Shown here: positions 49,201 to 61,700 of the stretch, one piece after another
Position numbering within the stretch: position 1 is the stretch's first letter
Layout: the number at the start of each line of letters is the position of its first letter
Assembly: GCA_051294375.1 (NCBI GenBank)
Contig: CM119266.1
Span: 5,842,092-5,906,091, forward strand
Length of the DNA: 64,000 bases
Source of the DNA: Paraspadella gotoi
Lineage: Eukaryota; Animalia; Chaetognatha
Reading direction: 5' to 3'
Notes under the pieces: generated by a model
The model's input: the letters and a program-made list of their open reading frames with translations, nothing else
Told to the model about the DNA's origin: nothing
Database searches by the model: none
Program-made: the position numbers and the translations under genes

Positions 49201-52200
49201 TAAATTATCATTAGAAAAACAATAGATAGTATAGTAATCTATAGTATAATATAGCCCCTCATAGTCATCCTATGCACACTTCAAGCTCCCCTAGAATCAA
49301 CTCACCTTCGGCGAGAAAATTCGAGGCCAAGACTGTAAGAATTTGGGCGGCCGCCAGTGGGCGTGCTGTCGCTCATGACGATCGGCACCCGCGTCATCGA
49401 ATTCAGAGTTCGCCAAACTTTTCCGTGACGTAATCACGACAATCCGAATTCTCCATCGCCAGGTAGAATTTGTAAGGCGCCAGGCATTCTTTTCTTTGCC
49501 TGATAATAGAGTGAGAAGGGTACATGAGGGTGTTGGTCGTGGGAAGGAAGAAGAGTAACTATAATGTTTTCCGATTGGTCTGAAAAAAGTTGAAATCTGA
49601 TTTGGCCAGAAATTCGGTAAAATCGGAAACAATTAAAATCATTTCTCTTTTACAATTTTTACTATGTTTCATTTTTGTTCTATTGGTTTTTAGGGGATAT
49701 TGTACTTTTTACGTTTATATACTTATTATTTAATTTTATTTACATTAAATTCCCGTAACTACTTCTATTTACTTTATTTTCTTAAAACGAAATATTTTTT
49801 TTCAAAATCAATCGCTATGCCACATCCTCTCACCTTTCTCACACTTCAACCTCCCACACTTTCCCAAACACATCGACTTCACGAATATTTAGACAAAACT
49901 TTGACGAAATCTTCCTCCCGTTGATCGTGGGACAGTGAGAAGCATCCACGCCACGACGCGAGTCTTGATGTGGGCTGGCCTGATCACGCCCACCTCGCCG
50001 GGCGTTTCTCGACGATACGTCATTCCCACTGGGAGAAGACGTGGATTGGTCCTGTAGGACATTGTCCAATGTAGACGCGATCGGCGTGCGACCGGATTGT
50101 TGAGGAAATGTAAGGGGCCCCCAATCTGCGATGATCCATTTTTGTGAGGGAGACGAGATGGCGGCATCGGTTGGATGTGAGGACTGGTGGTTGGTAAGGT
50201 TTCTGTAGAGACGGGGGCATGGGGTGTCTGACAAATAGGAAAAATAATAAATACATCAATAATGTATAAAAATTTGATTTACAAAATGATAAATTGATGA
50301 GTATGAATAACACTTGATTTGAAAACAAAACTAGATAAAGAAAAAATAAGCTCAATTAATTTTTAATTGAAATGGAGAAAACATAAATGGAAAAGTCACA
50401 AAAAAAAAATGTTTTTAAAGAGTTGTTTAATTAAAATTTAATATTTAAAAAAAAAAACTAACTAACTGAAATAACAAAGAAACCAAAAGGTATCAAACAA
50501 TACCAATATACAATATAATATACATTATACAATAACAAAATAAAAAAACTCACGCGTTGTGAAAGACGTGAGCCGCATCCAGGTCCGAGGGGCGCCGCAG
50601 AGTCTCTTATCGTTGGTGAGCGTGCATCTGTTCTCTCTGCACCTGGCGTTGTGAGAGGTGGGCGCCCTCGCCGATGCCGAACGATGTGAAGGTTCGGCGC
50701 CAGTAGGGCGTCCAAAAACGAGAACGACCTTCAGTGGCGCCGTTTCATTGACTCGACGACGAGGGCAGAAAAGTCTGATTCGCGCGCCAAAAAAAGAGCG
50801 CGGCATTTGACCGGCGCGCCCTTTCCTCTTCTTCCTTCTTCCTCGGAGGTCGGATTTCGGTTCTTGGAGGCGGCGGGCCTTTTCCTTTTTCTTTGATCTT
50901 TCATTATTCCTTTTTCTTTGAGGTTTCCTTTTTTATCTTATCATCTTCCTTTTTCTTTTTATCTACTTTTTCTTTGATTTATTCGTTTCTTTTCTCTATA
51001 TTTTTGATTTTTTCTATTTCCTTTATCTCATTCCTTTTGCTTTTCCTTGTCCTTTTCCTTCCTAATTTCCTTTTCCATTTTTCTTTTCGTTTTCCTTCCT
51101 TAATTTCTGTAATATTTTTCTGACATTTTCCTTTTTAATTTCTTTTCTATTTTTTCCTTTTCGTTTTCTTTCCTAATTTCCCATACCCTATATGATATTC
51201 CCTTATCATTTTCCTCATATTTTTAACATCCTCTTTTGTCCCTCCCTCAAATTCTATTCTACCTTCCCCCCTTTCCTCCTTTACAGCCATCACTTTCTTT
51301 TCCTTTTTTCCTTTTCCCATTTTTGTTACTTTTTTGAAAAACTTTTCATCGTTTCGTTGGATTTTTATTCGACGCGGGATCCCTTAAGTTTTCCGTCCTT
51401 ATTTTTGGTCGTGTTCTTTTGTTTTTTGTTCGTTTTGTTCGTTTGTTTTAAGATTTTCTCTAGTTTTAAAAACCTGACGCGGTTTTTCAGTTTTTACCAA
51501 TATTTGATTTCCCGATTTATTAGTCTGTATTCAATTTTGAAAATCTAGACGCTGATGTTGAATATTCAGTTTTAGTTTTATGTTTCGTATATTGTGCATA
51601 TTTTTATTAATATTAGCAGAATTTTTTTTCAGTTTTCAACAACTTTTGGGATTTTTTATGTTCATTTAAAATTTGGAGAATTACTGTTTAACTAACTTAT
51701 TACGAGAAGATCTTCGGCTGTGAATGATTTGATTCTTTTACGATTTTCTTTGCTTGATTTGATTTTGATTGACCTTATGATGGTTTTCTCAAAGTAGGTG
51801 TTTTGATTTACTCTCCTCGTAAGTGAGGTTTGTCTCACTAGATTCGGAGATTTAAGTACACGAATTAAAAATTTGCCACCGGTTAGCTCGCTCCTTTATC
51901 CAATTTGATTGTCTCATTGGATTGTTTCGAAGGTTCGAGCTTCAGAATTGTTTTGGCTCCATTGGGATTTTGAAATTGGTTCACTCACTCCCATTTGAGA
52001 TGTTTTGATAGTCTCATCAGATTGCAACGGTTGGGACGGAGATGAATCTTTAGATTTGATTACCTCTAATTGATTTGCAATACTTGGAGCGAACTCGTCT
52101 TTCATATTTGATTGGTTCATTTGATCAGTCCAGTTTCCCTCCCTCCATCTTCAGATGACTCTCTCGATCTCATTCGCGTCAAAGTTTGAGAAATTCCATC

Positions 52201-54115
52201 TCCAGATTTTTCTTTCGCATTTTCCGATTTGCGATCTTCGATATTTGAGTTCGTCGTTGACGTCCGAATGATTTTTCGAGGATTGTGAAGGGCGATTTGG
52301 GCGGCGGGCGGCCGCCACTCGCACCTCCGATTCTGATTCGCGAAGTTTGATCTCTATGCTGGTGTTTGGAAAGGATTCAGAACCAAGAGTCCGGCGATGA
52401 TGACTCATAGCCTAAGAATTTGAGTTTTATAAAAAAATGATGACGGCGACACGAAGGTAAATTTTAAACCTTTAAATTAATGTTTTAATAAAATTTTTAG
52501 AGATAAACGAAAAAATTCGTGTGGAATAGCAATTTTATTCTTTGCTATTCCAACGAATTTTTCGTTTCATCTCTAACTATTTTAAATACAAAAAGAAAGT
52601 CAAAATACAATTAAAATTTTAAAAAATTAATGAACAAACACATGAAAGTCTTTTCGTGTTAGCATGTAAAAAAACTTGAAATACTTTTTTAAAAAAAATA
52701 AATAATTGCAAAAAAAGAACTGAGACTATGTACAGATAAAGATAGATACTAAAAATACATCGAAAAAAAGTCAAATTAACTAATTAATTGTAGTTACATA
52801 ATCAAAATAAGAGCATTTTTCTTTCCTTTATTTTTGCTGCAGCTGAATCATGGGTCCTAACTATTTCCCATCTCCGACGATCAACACGAAACTTTTCCAA
52901 AACTGTTTTTTTTTCTTTTTTCAAAACTGGAAAAACTGGTTTTGCTTAAGTCGATGGTCCGCTGAAAATCAATTAGACTGAAAAGAAATAAGAAGTCAGT
53001 TTGGAATAAAAGAGCAACAAAGTGAGATTAAAGGGGCGGGTTGTCTGGCTGGGCTGTCTCAATAATAACCTGCATAGGCCGTGAGAGTGGCATTTAGACT
53101 ATAACCATTAACCCATAGTGGAGACAAATAATGAAAGCAAACGTTTTAGAGGAGACAAGAATATACAAAATAATAAAAAAAGACCTATTTTTAAAGAAAA
53201 ATTTTCAAAAATACGTGGAAATTTAAAAAAACGAACTAGAGCCTTCGACTAGTCCTCTCTGTCAACAAAAAATTTTTACAGTATGATGTTAAAACAAAAC
53301 AGGATTTTCCTCCTTCGTTCGAGGCCAAAAAGTTAAAAGCGACAGTGAATATCCAAAAGGAGGAAGTGAAAGGAAAGAAAATTAAGAGAAAGGAGAAAGA
53401 AAAAAGGTTGGAAATAGCGCAACCTGGGTAGGGGAAGCAAAGAGTGAGAGGAGAGACAAAATTCAACAAAGAAAGAGAAGAGAAAGAAAAGAAGGGTGAA
53501 AGGCCAAATGTGATGGAAGAAAAGTGAAAGCGAGAGAAAATTAAAAAAGAAGAGGAGAAGAAAAGAATTCGGTGAAATGGACTACCAAATGGAGGAAAAG
53601 AAAAGGAAAAACGCAGTGATAAAGAGTGAAGAGTAAAAAGAAAAGGAGAGGTAAAAGACAAAGAGAAATCAGTGAAGGAAGAAATGATTCTGAGAGGTTA
53701 AGATAAGGAAAGGGAATAGAAAGAAAAAAATAAAATTGCCAAATAAAAATTGAAAGTAATAACAGAGAAGATAAAAGTGGAGGAACGCAAAAATGAAGAG
53801 AGCGAGGAGAGGAAGAGAGAGAGAGAGACGAGACGACGGTATGTAATGAGAGAAAGACTCAGAGATGAGATAGAGAGCAAGAGCAGGGCAAAGTGGATTA
53901 ACAAGCAGAGGAAAAGTGAAGAGTCGCCTAAAGGGAGTCAATCGGACAACGGGATAAATCCGTTCTATAAGGTCAAAACAGGACCGTAAGAAGAGAAGGA
54001 GAGGAGAGAGGTAGAAGAAGAGTGACCGAGAGAGAAGAGGAGAGAATCCGAGAGAGAGAGGCGCGAGAGTCGTGCTGAGGAGAGAGCGAGAAGAGAGAGA
54101 GCAAAAAAGAAACAT
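46269..54115 (-). other. Error-rich inverted copy of ~38665-46268 plus ~310 bp of extra sequence; probable gap-filling artefact
   Basis: From ~46583 onward it is the reverse complement of the FucT locus with dense 1-bp indels. It ends at a 25-N gap. Confidence 0.85.
48736..52411 (-). pseudogene. Frameshifted FucT copy (apparent pseudogene, more likely raw-read artefact)
   Basis: Fragments such as ETAPLKVVL, QKWIIADW, WTMSYRTN and GVCNLC are broken across frames. Introns are retained. Confidence 0.5.
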
Positions 54116-54140
54116 NNNNNNNNNNNNNNNNNNNNNNNNN

Positions 54141-54484
54141 CTAGATTTATCTCCGGATGTAATCGATCTCGCTTTATCTTCGCTCGAAGCCCCGGATGTA
54201 ATTCGACGCGACAGAGAGTGTCCGCTGCGTCGCCGAGTCTCTCCAGCGTCGTCGTCGGCGGCGGCTGCAGCTGCGGCGGCGGCGGCGGCGCAGGGAAACG
54301 TCCCCGACGCCCGAAGGAAGTTGTCCTTGATCACGTCGACCCAGAAAGGGTTCGTCGTCAGCGTCAGTTGCGGCGGAGGATGTTGCTGCAGCGTTAGTTG
54401 CTGCGACGGCGCGACGAGGAGCGGAGGCCGCGTCCGCACGTCAGACGTGGACGCGCTGCGGCAGGGATGTCCTTGCAGAACCAT
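54141..54484 (-). CDS. Candidate first coding exon (MVLQGHPCRS...poly-Ala...RRITSG/RSITSG), truncated by the gap
   Basis: ATG at 54484 in a GC-rich island, open to the gap. The noisy copy supplies the continuation ...DGRESAERDRGGTEIVEA AG|gtgcgg (46349 / 55854). Confidence 0.5.
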
Positions 54485-55050
54485 TTTGTCTCTTTCTCTG
54501 TGTCACTCTCTCTTTTTATCTCTCTGTCAATCTCTCTTTCTATCTCTCTGTCACTCTCTCTTTCTCTCTCTCACGGGAGGGAGAAGATCGAGTGGAGAAA
54601 AAGTTACTCTGTCTCTCTGACTCTCTCACTCTCTCTCTCTCTCACTCTCTCTATTATCAGTTAATGTACTCTCTCTCTCTCCCGCAGCGATTACATTCAC
54701 GTCTATTATTTATCCCTTTTTCGGAGTCTTAAATGTAACGGAAGATCCGGGGCTGCGAGAGCGAGAGAGAGAGGGAAAGGACGATAGAGGTAAGTAAAAG
54801 TGGGCGTGGCTCAGGTAAGTTCTCCGAGGCTGAGAGCGAGGTCGGCGCGAGGTACAATTTTTACAATCTCTTTTTACCTGCACAGGACGGCTGAAGATAA
54901 AATTTTTAAAAAAAAAGGTAAAAATTACGTAAAAAAAAAATTGGATATTAACAGAAAAAAAGCTAAAAAAAAAAAACTTCTTGGACTCGAGAGATTTTGC
55001 CGCGTTTCTCTCCTCCGAAGGTCTCACCCCCCCCTTCTCTCCCCCTCTCC

Positions 55051-55773
55051 CCTCGCGCCGACCTCGCTCTCAGCCTCGGAGAACTTACCTGAGCCACGCC
55101 CACTTTTAGCTTACCTCTATCGTCTTTCCCTCTCGTCTCTCGCTCTCGCCAGCCCCGGATCTTCCGTTACATTTAAAGACTCCGAAAAAGGGATAAATAA
55201 TAGACTGAATGTAACTCGCTGCGGGAGAAGAGAGAGAGCACATTAACTGATAAATAGAGGAGTGAGAGCAGGAGAGAGAGTGAGACGCTCAGAGGAAGAC
55301 CAGTAACACTTTTCTTCCACCTCGATCTTCTTCCTCCCGTGAGAGAGAGAAAGAGAGTGACAGAGAGATAGAAAGAGAGAGTTGACAGAGAGATAGAAAA
55401 GAGAGTGACAGAGAGCAAGAGACAAATGGTTCTGGCAGGACATCCCGCCGGAGCGCGTCCACGTCTGACGTGCGGACGCGGCCTCCGGCTCCTCGTCGCG
55501 CCGTCGCAGCAACTAAGGGCTCAGCAACATCCTCCGCCGCAACTGACGCCTGACGACGAACCCTTTCTGGGTCGACGTGGATCAAGGACAACTTCCTTCG
55601 GGCCGTGGAGGACGTTTCCTGCGCCGCCGCGCCGCCGAGCAGCTGCAGCCGCCGCCGCGGACGACGGCTGGAGAGACTCGGCGACGCAGCGGACACTCTC
55701 TGTCGCGTCGAATTACATCCGGGGCTACGGCGAAGATAAAGGCGAGATCGATTACATCCGGAGATAAATCTAG
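55051..55773 (-). other. Error-rich inverted copy of 54141-54852 (same probable read)
   Basis: cctcgcgccgacctcgctctcagcctcggagaacttacctgagccacgccc is the reverse complement of 54802-54852, and the match continues to ...gagataaatctag. Confidence 0.85.
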
Positions 55774-58700
55774 ATCGATTCATCGGGAGAGGACGTCTGA
55801 CGGGAGAGAATCTGCAGAGCGCGACAGAGGAGGAACGGAGATAGTGGAAGCCAGGTGCGGTGAAGGGGGCGGGGGGGGGGGTAGGCAAGGGGGGTAAGGG
55901 GGAGGGGGAGTTAAGGGGAGGGTTAGGGGACTGATCGGGGGAGTAAGAAAGATGGGGGGTTGGAGGTATACCGTCGATTTAAAAAGGACTCCCCTTGGGA
56001 ATTCACAGAAAGGGTGATCCTAACAATAAAAAAGTTGAGGATTTTGTTTTAGGGAAAGTTTGTTTAACTTACAATAGGATCGCAAACAAAAATTTTTTTT
56101 TCATTTATAAATAATTTATTTTTTATTTAATTTTTAAATACGAGTTAAAAAAAGGTTTGCTCAAGAAACAAAGAAAAAAAAAATATCCATCTGAATACAA
56201 ATGGTTGTTTTTATGTTCATAAAGTTTCTTAATAAATTAAAAGAGTTAAATAAACTTAAAAGATTAACTATTAGTTTAAGTAATAATTATTTTTTGTAAT
56301 TTTTTTTTTTCTGGGGTCTGCCCCAAGGGGAACCTTTTTGGGCGGACGGAATATGTTACGGGTTGGAATTGGTGGTGTGCGGTTCTGTTGACGTGGGAAC
56401 CTGAACCAACATTCCCAGATGGGTTGGACCTGCGCGATTAAAAATGAGCGGTACAGATCGACTGGGGGGTTTGCAAGGAGGCAAGATAAAATGACATCTG
56501 CAATTTGGATTGGAAAGTTGGAAAAGTTTATCGTCGAGGTTTTTTTTTTGTTTTTTTTTGGAAATGATTTAATTAATAATTAAATAATTAACTAATTATA
56601 ATTAATAATTAATATTAATAATTAATAATTAATAATTAATAATTAATTATTAATAATTAATAATTAATTAATTAAATGGATTTTAATTAATTAAATGGCA
56701 TTTAATTAATTAATAATTAATATATTAATTAATTAAATTAAAGGCCTGAAAAAAACTCAGCGGAGACACTTTGAATGCTTGATGGAGAGAGAGAGAGATG
56801 AGGACAGAGAGAGAGAGAGAGAGAGAGAGAGATGAAATGGAGTGGATTTACTCAATGAGCCAAGGGGTCCACAACTGGAAACCTGGGCAAGCGCCCGATA
56901 CAAAGCAAAATGACGCAATAGACCGAGAAACGTGGTGATCACGACGCCATCGGTTGACTGTGAGTGAAAGGTGAAACGAACTCACGTGAAAGAATTCTCG
57001 TCAGTGCTCCTCGTACTCGGGGGGTTCATCCTCGTGTCGCCAGCAAGTGAATTTGCAAGTCGAGTGAACAAATCTCACCTCCACTCGTTGAGTTAAGAAG
57101 AAGGAGTTATTTACTGTACTCCTTTTCTTTCTTTTCTTCCTTTTTTTTCTTTTCTTTCTTTTTCTTTCTTTCTCTTTCTTTTATTTCTTTTCCTTTCTTT
57201 TCCTTTCTTTTTCTTTCTTTTCTTTCTTCTTATTTCTTTTTCTTTTCTTTTTCCTTTCTTCTTAATTTTTTTCTTTCTTTTTCTTTCTTTTTTCTATCTT
57301 TTTCTTTTTTTCTTTCTTTGTTCATTCTTTTTCATTCTTTTTTCTTTTTTTTCTTTCTCTTTCTTTTTTTTTTCTGTCTTTTCATTCTTTTTTTTTTCTT
57401 CTTTTTTCATTTCTTTTTTTTTTCTTTTTACTTTCTTTTTCTTTCTTCTTATTTCTTTCTATTCTTTTTCTTTGTTTTTTCAGATAATTCGTTTTTTTTT
57501 GTTCGCTGGATGCTGACCGTGTTATTTTTTTTAAACTTTCTGGTTTCGTTCTATATTGTTTCTTTCTGTGTGCTCTCTTTCTTTCTTCTTTCGTTCTTTC
57601 TCCTCTTCTTTTCTTCTTTTTTTTCTTTCTTTCTTTCTTATCTTTCTTTCTTTTCTTTTTTAACTTTTTTTTCTTTCCCAGTTTTTCACTTTTTTTTTTC
57701 TGATTCCCTTTTCTCTTTATCTAAAACCTTTCCACCTTTTTCTCCCTTCTTCATTCTTTTTCTTTTTTTTCTCCCTCCTCTTGTCCCCTACCCATTCCTT
57801 TCTACTCCATGCAGTGATGCTCAAAGTTGGCAATTCTAATGTTCAGACTGCTGAATCTCCGCTTTTCTCCTTTTTTGGTTCCAAAGTTTACAACTTTGAG
57901 TTCGATTTTTTTTTTTGGTGAGAAGAAAGAAGGCCTCATTTCTGAGAAAATGATCGCCACCTGTTTTTTCTTTGAAGTGTAATGAGAATTATGAAGACAA
58001 ATTACAAATGTTAACAAATGCAGATTATAAGAACAATTTGATTATTGAGCACTAGGAAAGTAGAAAACACGAGTTACGAATGGACAAAGCAAGAAAAAAA
58101 ATTGTCAAATACAAACTATTTTACATGTTAAATACAAAACAGCTGTTAAGTAGTAACAGAACGTCATACAAAAACTTTAGAAAACAAAACAGCAATATAT
58201 TTTAACTTGGCAACTGTCAGTTCAACAACAACTTCTTAGTTCAACCCAACGGACCCACGACGGGTTGTGGTTGTAAAAGCTCCAGCCTCTTGAAGAGCAT
58301 TCCACTTCCGGACGAAACGGTAGCGCCGCGACGCCTGCCGGAGTCTTCGCAGGGTCGTGCAGCGCGCGCGGCAGAGGTTGCAGACGCCCGACCGAAACTG
58401 AGTTTCATGTTGAGGAGCCCGTGCGTGCCGGCGCCATGATGGATGTTTGGGGCGTACTCGGCCGTCGTTGCGGTGCAAAACGGAGATAGGTGCCGGAGCC
58501 AGGCCCTGTTAAAAGGAGAACGGAAGTCAAAATTTATGAAATAGTTAGTTAATTTATTTTTAATATACCCAGATGTTCAACCTGTGGAAGCCCACGGAGC
58601 TATCAATGTTAAACTTTTATGACTTAAAATAGAGATGAACTCCATCCATCTCATTTGCATATTGTCGTTTTGGTTTTGAATTCAACATTTCATCGTATCA

Positions 58701-61700
58701 AGTTGTAAATTATCATTAGAAAAACAATAGATAGTATAGTAATCTATAGTATAATATAGCCCCTCATAGTCATCCTATGCACACTTCAAGCTCCCCTAGA
58801 ATCAACTCACCTTCGGCGAGAAAATTCGAGGCCAAGACTGTAAGAATTTGGGCGGCCGCCAGTGGGCGTGCTGTCGCTCATGACGATCGGCACCCGCGTC
58901 ATCGAATTCAGAGTTCGCCAAACTTTTCCGTGACGTAATCACGACAATCCGAATTCTCCATCGCCAGGTAGAATTTGTAAGGCGCCAGGCATTCTTTTCT
59001 TTGCCTGATAATAGAGTGAGAAGGGTACATGAGGGTGTTGGTCGTGGGAAGGAAGAAGAGTAACTATAATGTTTTCCGATTGGTCTGAAAAAAGTTGAAA
59101 TCTGATTTGGCCAGAAATTCGGTAAAATCGGAAACAATTAAAATCATTTCTCTTTTACAATTTTTACTATGTTTCATTTTTGTTCTATTGGTTTTTAGGG
59201 GATATTGTACTTTTTACGTTTATATACTTATTATTTAATTTTATTTACATTAAATTCCCGTAACTACTTCTATTTACTTTATTTTCTTAAAACGAAATAT
59301 TTTTTTTCAAAATCAATCGCTATGCCACATCCTCTCACCTTTCTCACACTTCAACCTCCCACACTTTCCCAAACACATCGACTTCACGAATATTTAGACA
59401 AAACTTTGACGAAATCTTCCTCCCGTTGATCGTGGGACAGTGAGAAGCATCCACGCCACGACGCGAGTCTTGATGTGGGCTGGCCTGATCACGCCCACCT
59501 CGCCGGGCGTTTCTCGACGATACGTCATTCCCACTGGGAGAAGACGTGGATTGGTCCTGTAGGACATTGTCCAATGTAGACGCGATCGGCGTGCGACCGG
59601 ATTGTTGAGGAAATGTAAGGGGCCCCCAATCTGCGATGATCCATTTTTGTGAGGGAGACGAGATGGCGGCATCGGTTGGATGTGAGGACTGGTGGTTGGT
59701 AAGGTTTCTGTAGAGACGGGGGCATGGGGTGTCTGACAAATAGGAAAAATAATAAATACATCAATAATGTATAAAAATTTGATTTACAAAATGATAAATT
59801 GATGAGTATGAATAACACTTGATTTGAAAACAAAACTAGATAAAGAAAAAATAAGCTCAATTAATTTTTAATTGAAATGGAGAAAACATAAATGGAAAAG
59901 TCACAAAAAAAAAATGTTTTTAAAGAGTTGTTTAATTAAAATTTAATATTTAAAAAAAAAAACTAACTAACTGAAATAACAAAGAAACCAAAAGGTATCA
60001 AACAATACCAATATACAATATAATATACATTATACAATAACAAAATAAAAAAACTCACGCGTTGTGAAAGACGTGAGCCGCATCCAGGTCCGAGGGGCGC
60101 CGCAGAGTCTCTTATCGTTGGTGAGCGTGCATCTGTTCTCTCTGCACCTGGCGTTGTGAGAGGTGGGCGCCCTCGCCGATGCCGAACGATGTGAAGGTTC
60201 GGCGCCAGTAGGGCGTCCAAAAACGAGAACGACCTTCAGTGGCGCCGTTTCATTGACTCGACGACGAGGGCAGAAAAGTCTGATTCGCGCGCCAAAAAAA
60301 GAGCGCGGCATTTGACCGGCGCGCCCTTTCCTCTTCTTCCTTCTTCCTCGGAGGTCGGATTTCGGTTCTTGGAGGCGGCGGGCCTTTTCCTTTTTCTTTG
60401 ATCTTTCATTATTCCTTTTTCTTTGAGGTTTCCTTTTTTATCTTATCATCTTCCTTTTTCTTTTTATCTACTTTTTCTTTGATTTATTCGTTTCTTTTCT
60501 CTATATTTTTGATTTTTTCTATTTCCTTTATCTCATTCCTTTTGCTTTTCCTTGTCCTTTTCCTTCCTAATTTCCTTTTCCATTTTTCTTTTCGTTTTCC
60601 TTCCTTAATTTCTGTAATATTTTTCTGACATTTTCCTTTTTAATTTCTTTTCTATTTTTTCCTTTTCGTTTTCTTTCCTAATTTCCCATACCCTATATGA
60701 TATTCCCTTATCATTTTCCTCATATTTTTAACATCCTCTTTTGTCCCTCCCTCAAATTCTATTCTACCTTCCCCCCTTTCCTCCTTTACAGCCATCACTT
60801 TCTTTTCCTTTTTTCCTTTTCCCATTTTTGTTACTTTTTTGAAAAACTTTTCATCGTTTCGTTGGATTTTTATTCGACGCGGGATCCCTTAAGTTTTCCG
60901 TCCTTATTTTTGGTCGTGTTCTTTTGTTTTTTGTTCGTTTTGTTCGTTTGTTTTAAGATTTTCTCTAGTTTTAAAAACCTGACGCGGTTTTTCAGTTTTT
61001 ACCAATATTTGATTTCCCGATTTATTAGTCTGTATTCAATTTTGAAAATCTAGACGCTGATGTTGAATATTCAGTTTTAGTTTTATGTTTCGTATATTGT
61101 GCATATTTTTATTAATATTAGCAGAATTTTTTTTCAGTTTTCAACAACTTTTGGGATTTTTTATGTTCATTTAAAATTTGGAGAATTACTGTTTAACTAA
61201 CTTATTACGAGAAGATCTTCGGCTGTGAATGATTTGATTCTTTTACGATTTTCTTTGCTTGATTTGATTTTGATTGACCTTATGATGGTTTTCTCAAAGT
61301 AGGTGTTTTGATTTACTCTCCTCGTAAGTGAGGTTTGTCTCACTAGATTCGGAGATTTAAGTACACGAATTAAAAATTTGCCACCGGTTAGCTCGCTCCT
61401 TTATCCAATTTGATTGTCTCATTGGATTGTTTCGAAGGTTCGAGCTTCAGAATTGTTTTGGCTCCATTGGGATTTTGAAATTGGTTCACTCACTCCCATT
61501 TGAGATGTTTTGATAGTCTCATCAGATTGCAACGGTTGGGACGGAGATGAATCTTTAGATTTGATTACCTCTAATTGATTTGCAATACTTGGAGCGAACT
61601 CGTCTTTCATATTTGATTGGTTCATTTGATCAGTCCAGTTTCCCTCCCTCCATCTTCAGATGACTCTCTCGATCTCATTCGCGTCAAAGTTTGAGAAATT

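Noticed and set aside
53669-54115. Continuation of the 271-aa ORF across the 25-N gap
   Set aside because: The ORF finder read through Ns into an unrelated noisy pyrimidine tract. Only 54141-54484 is credible.
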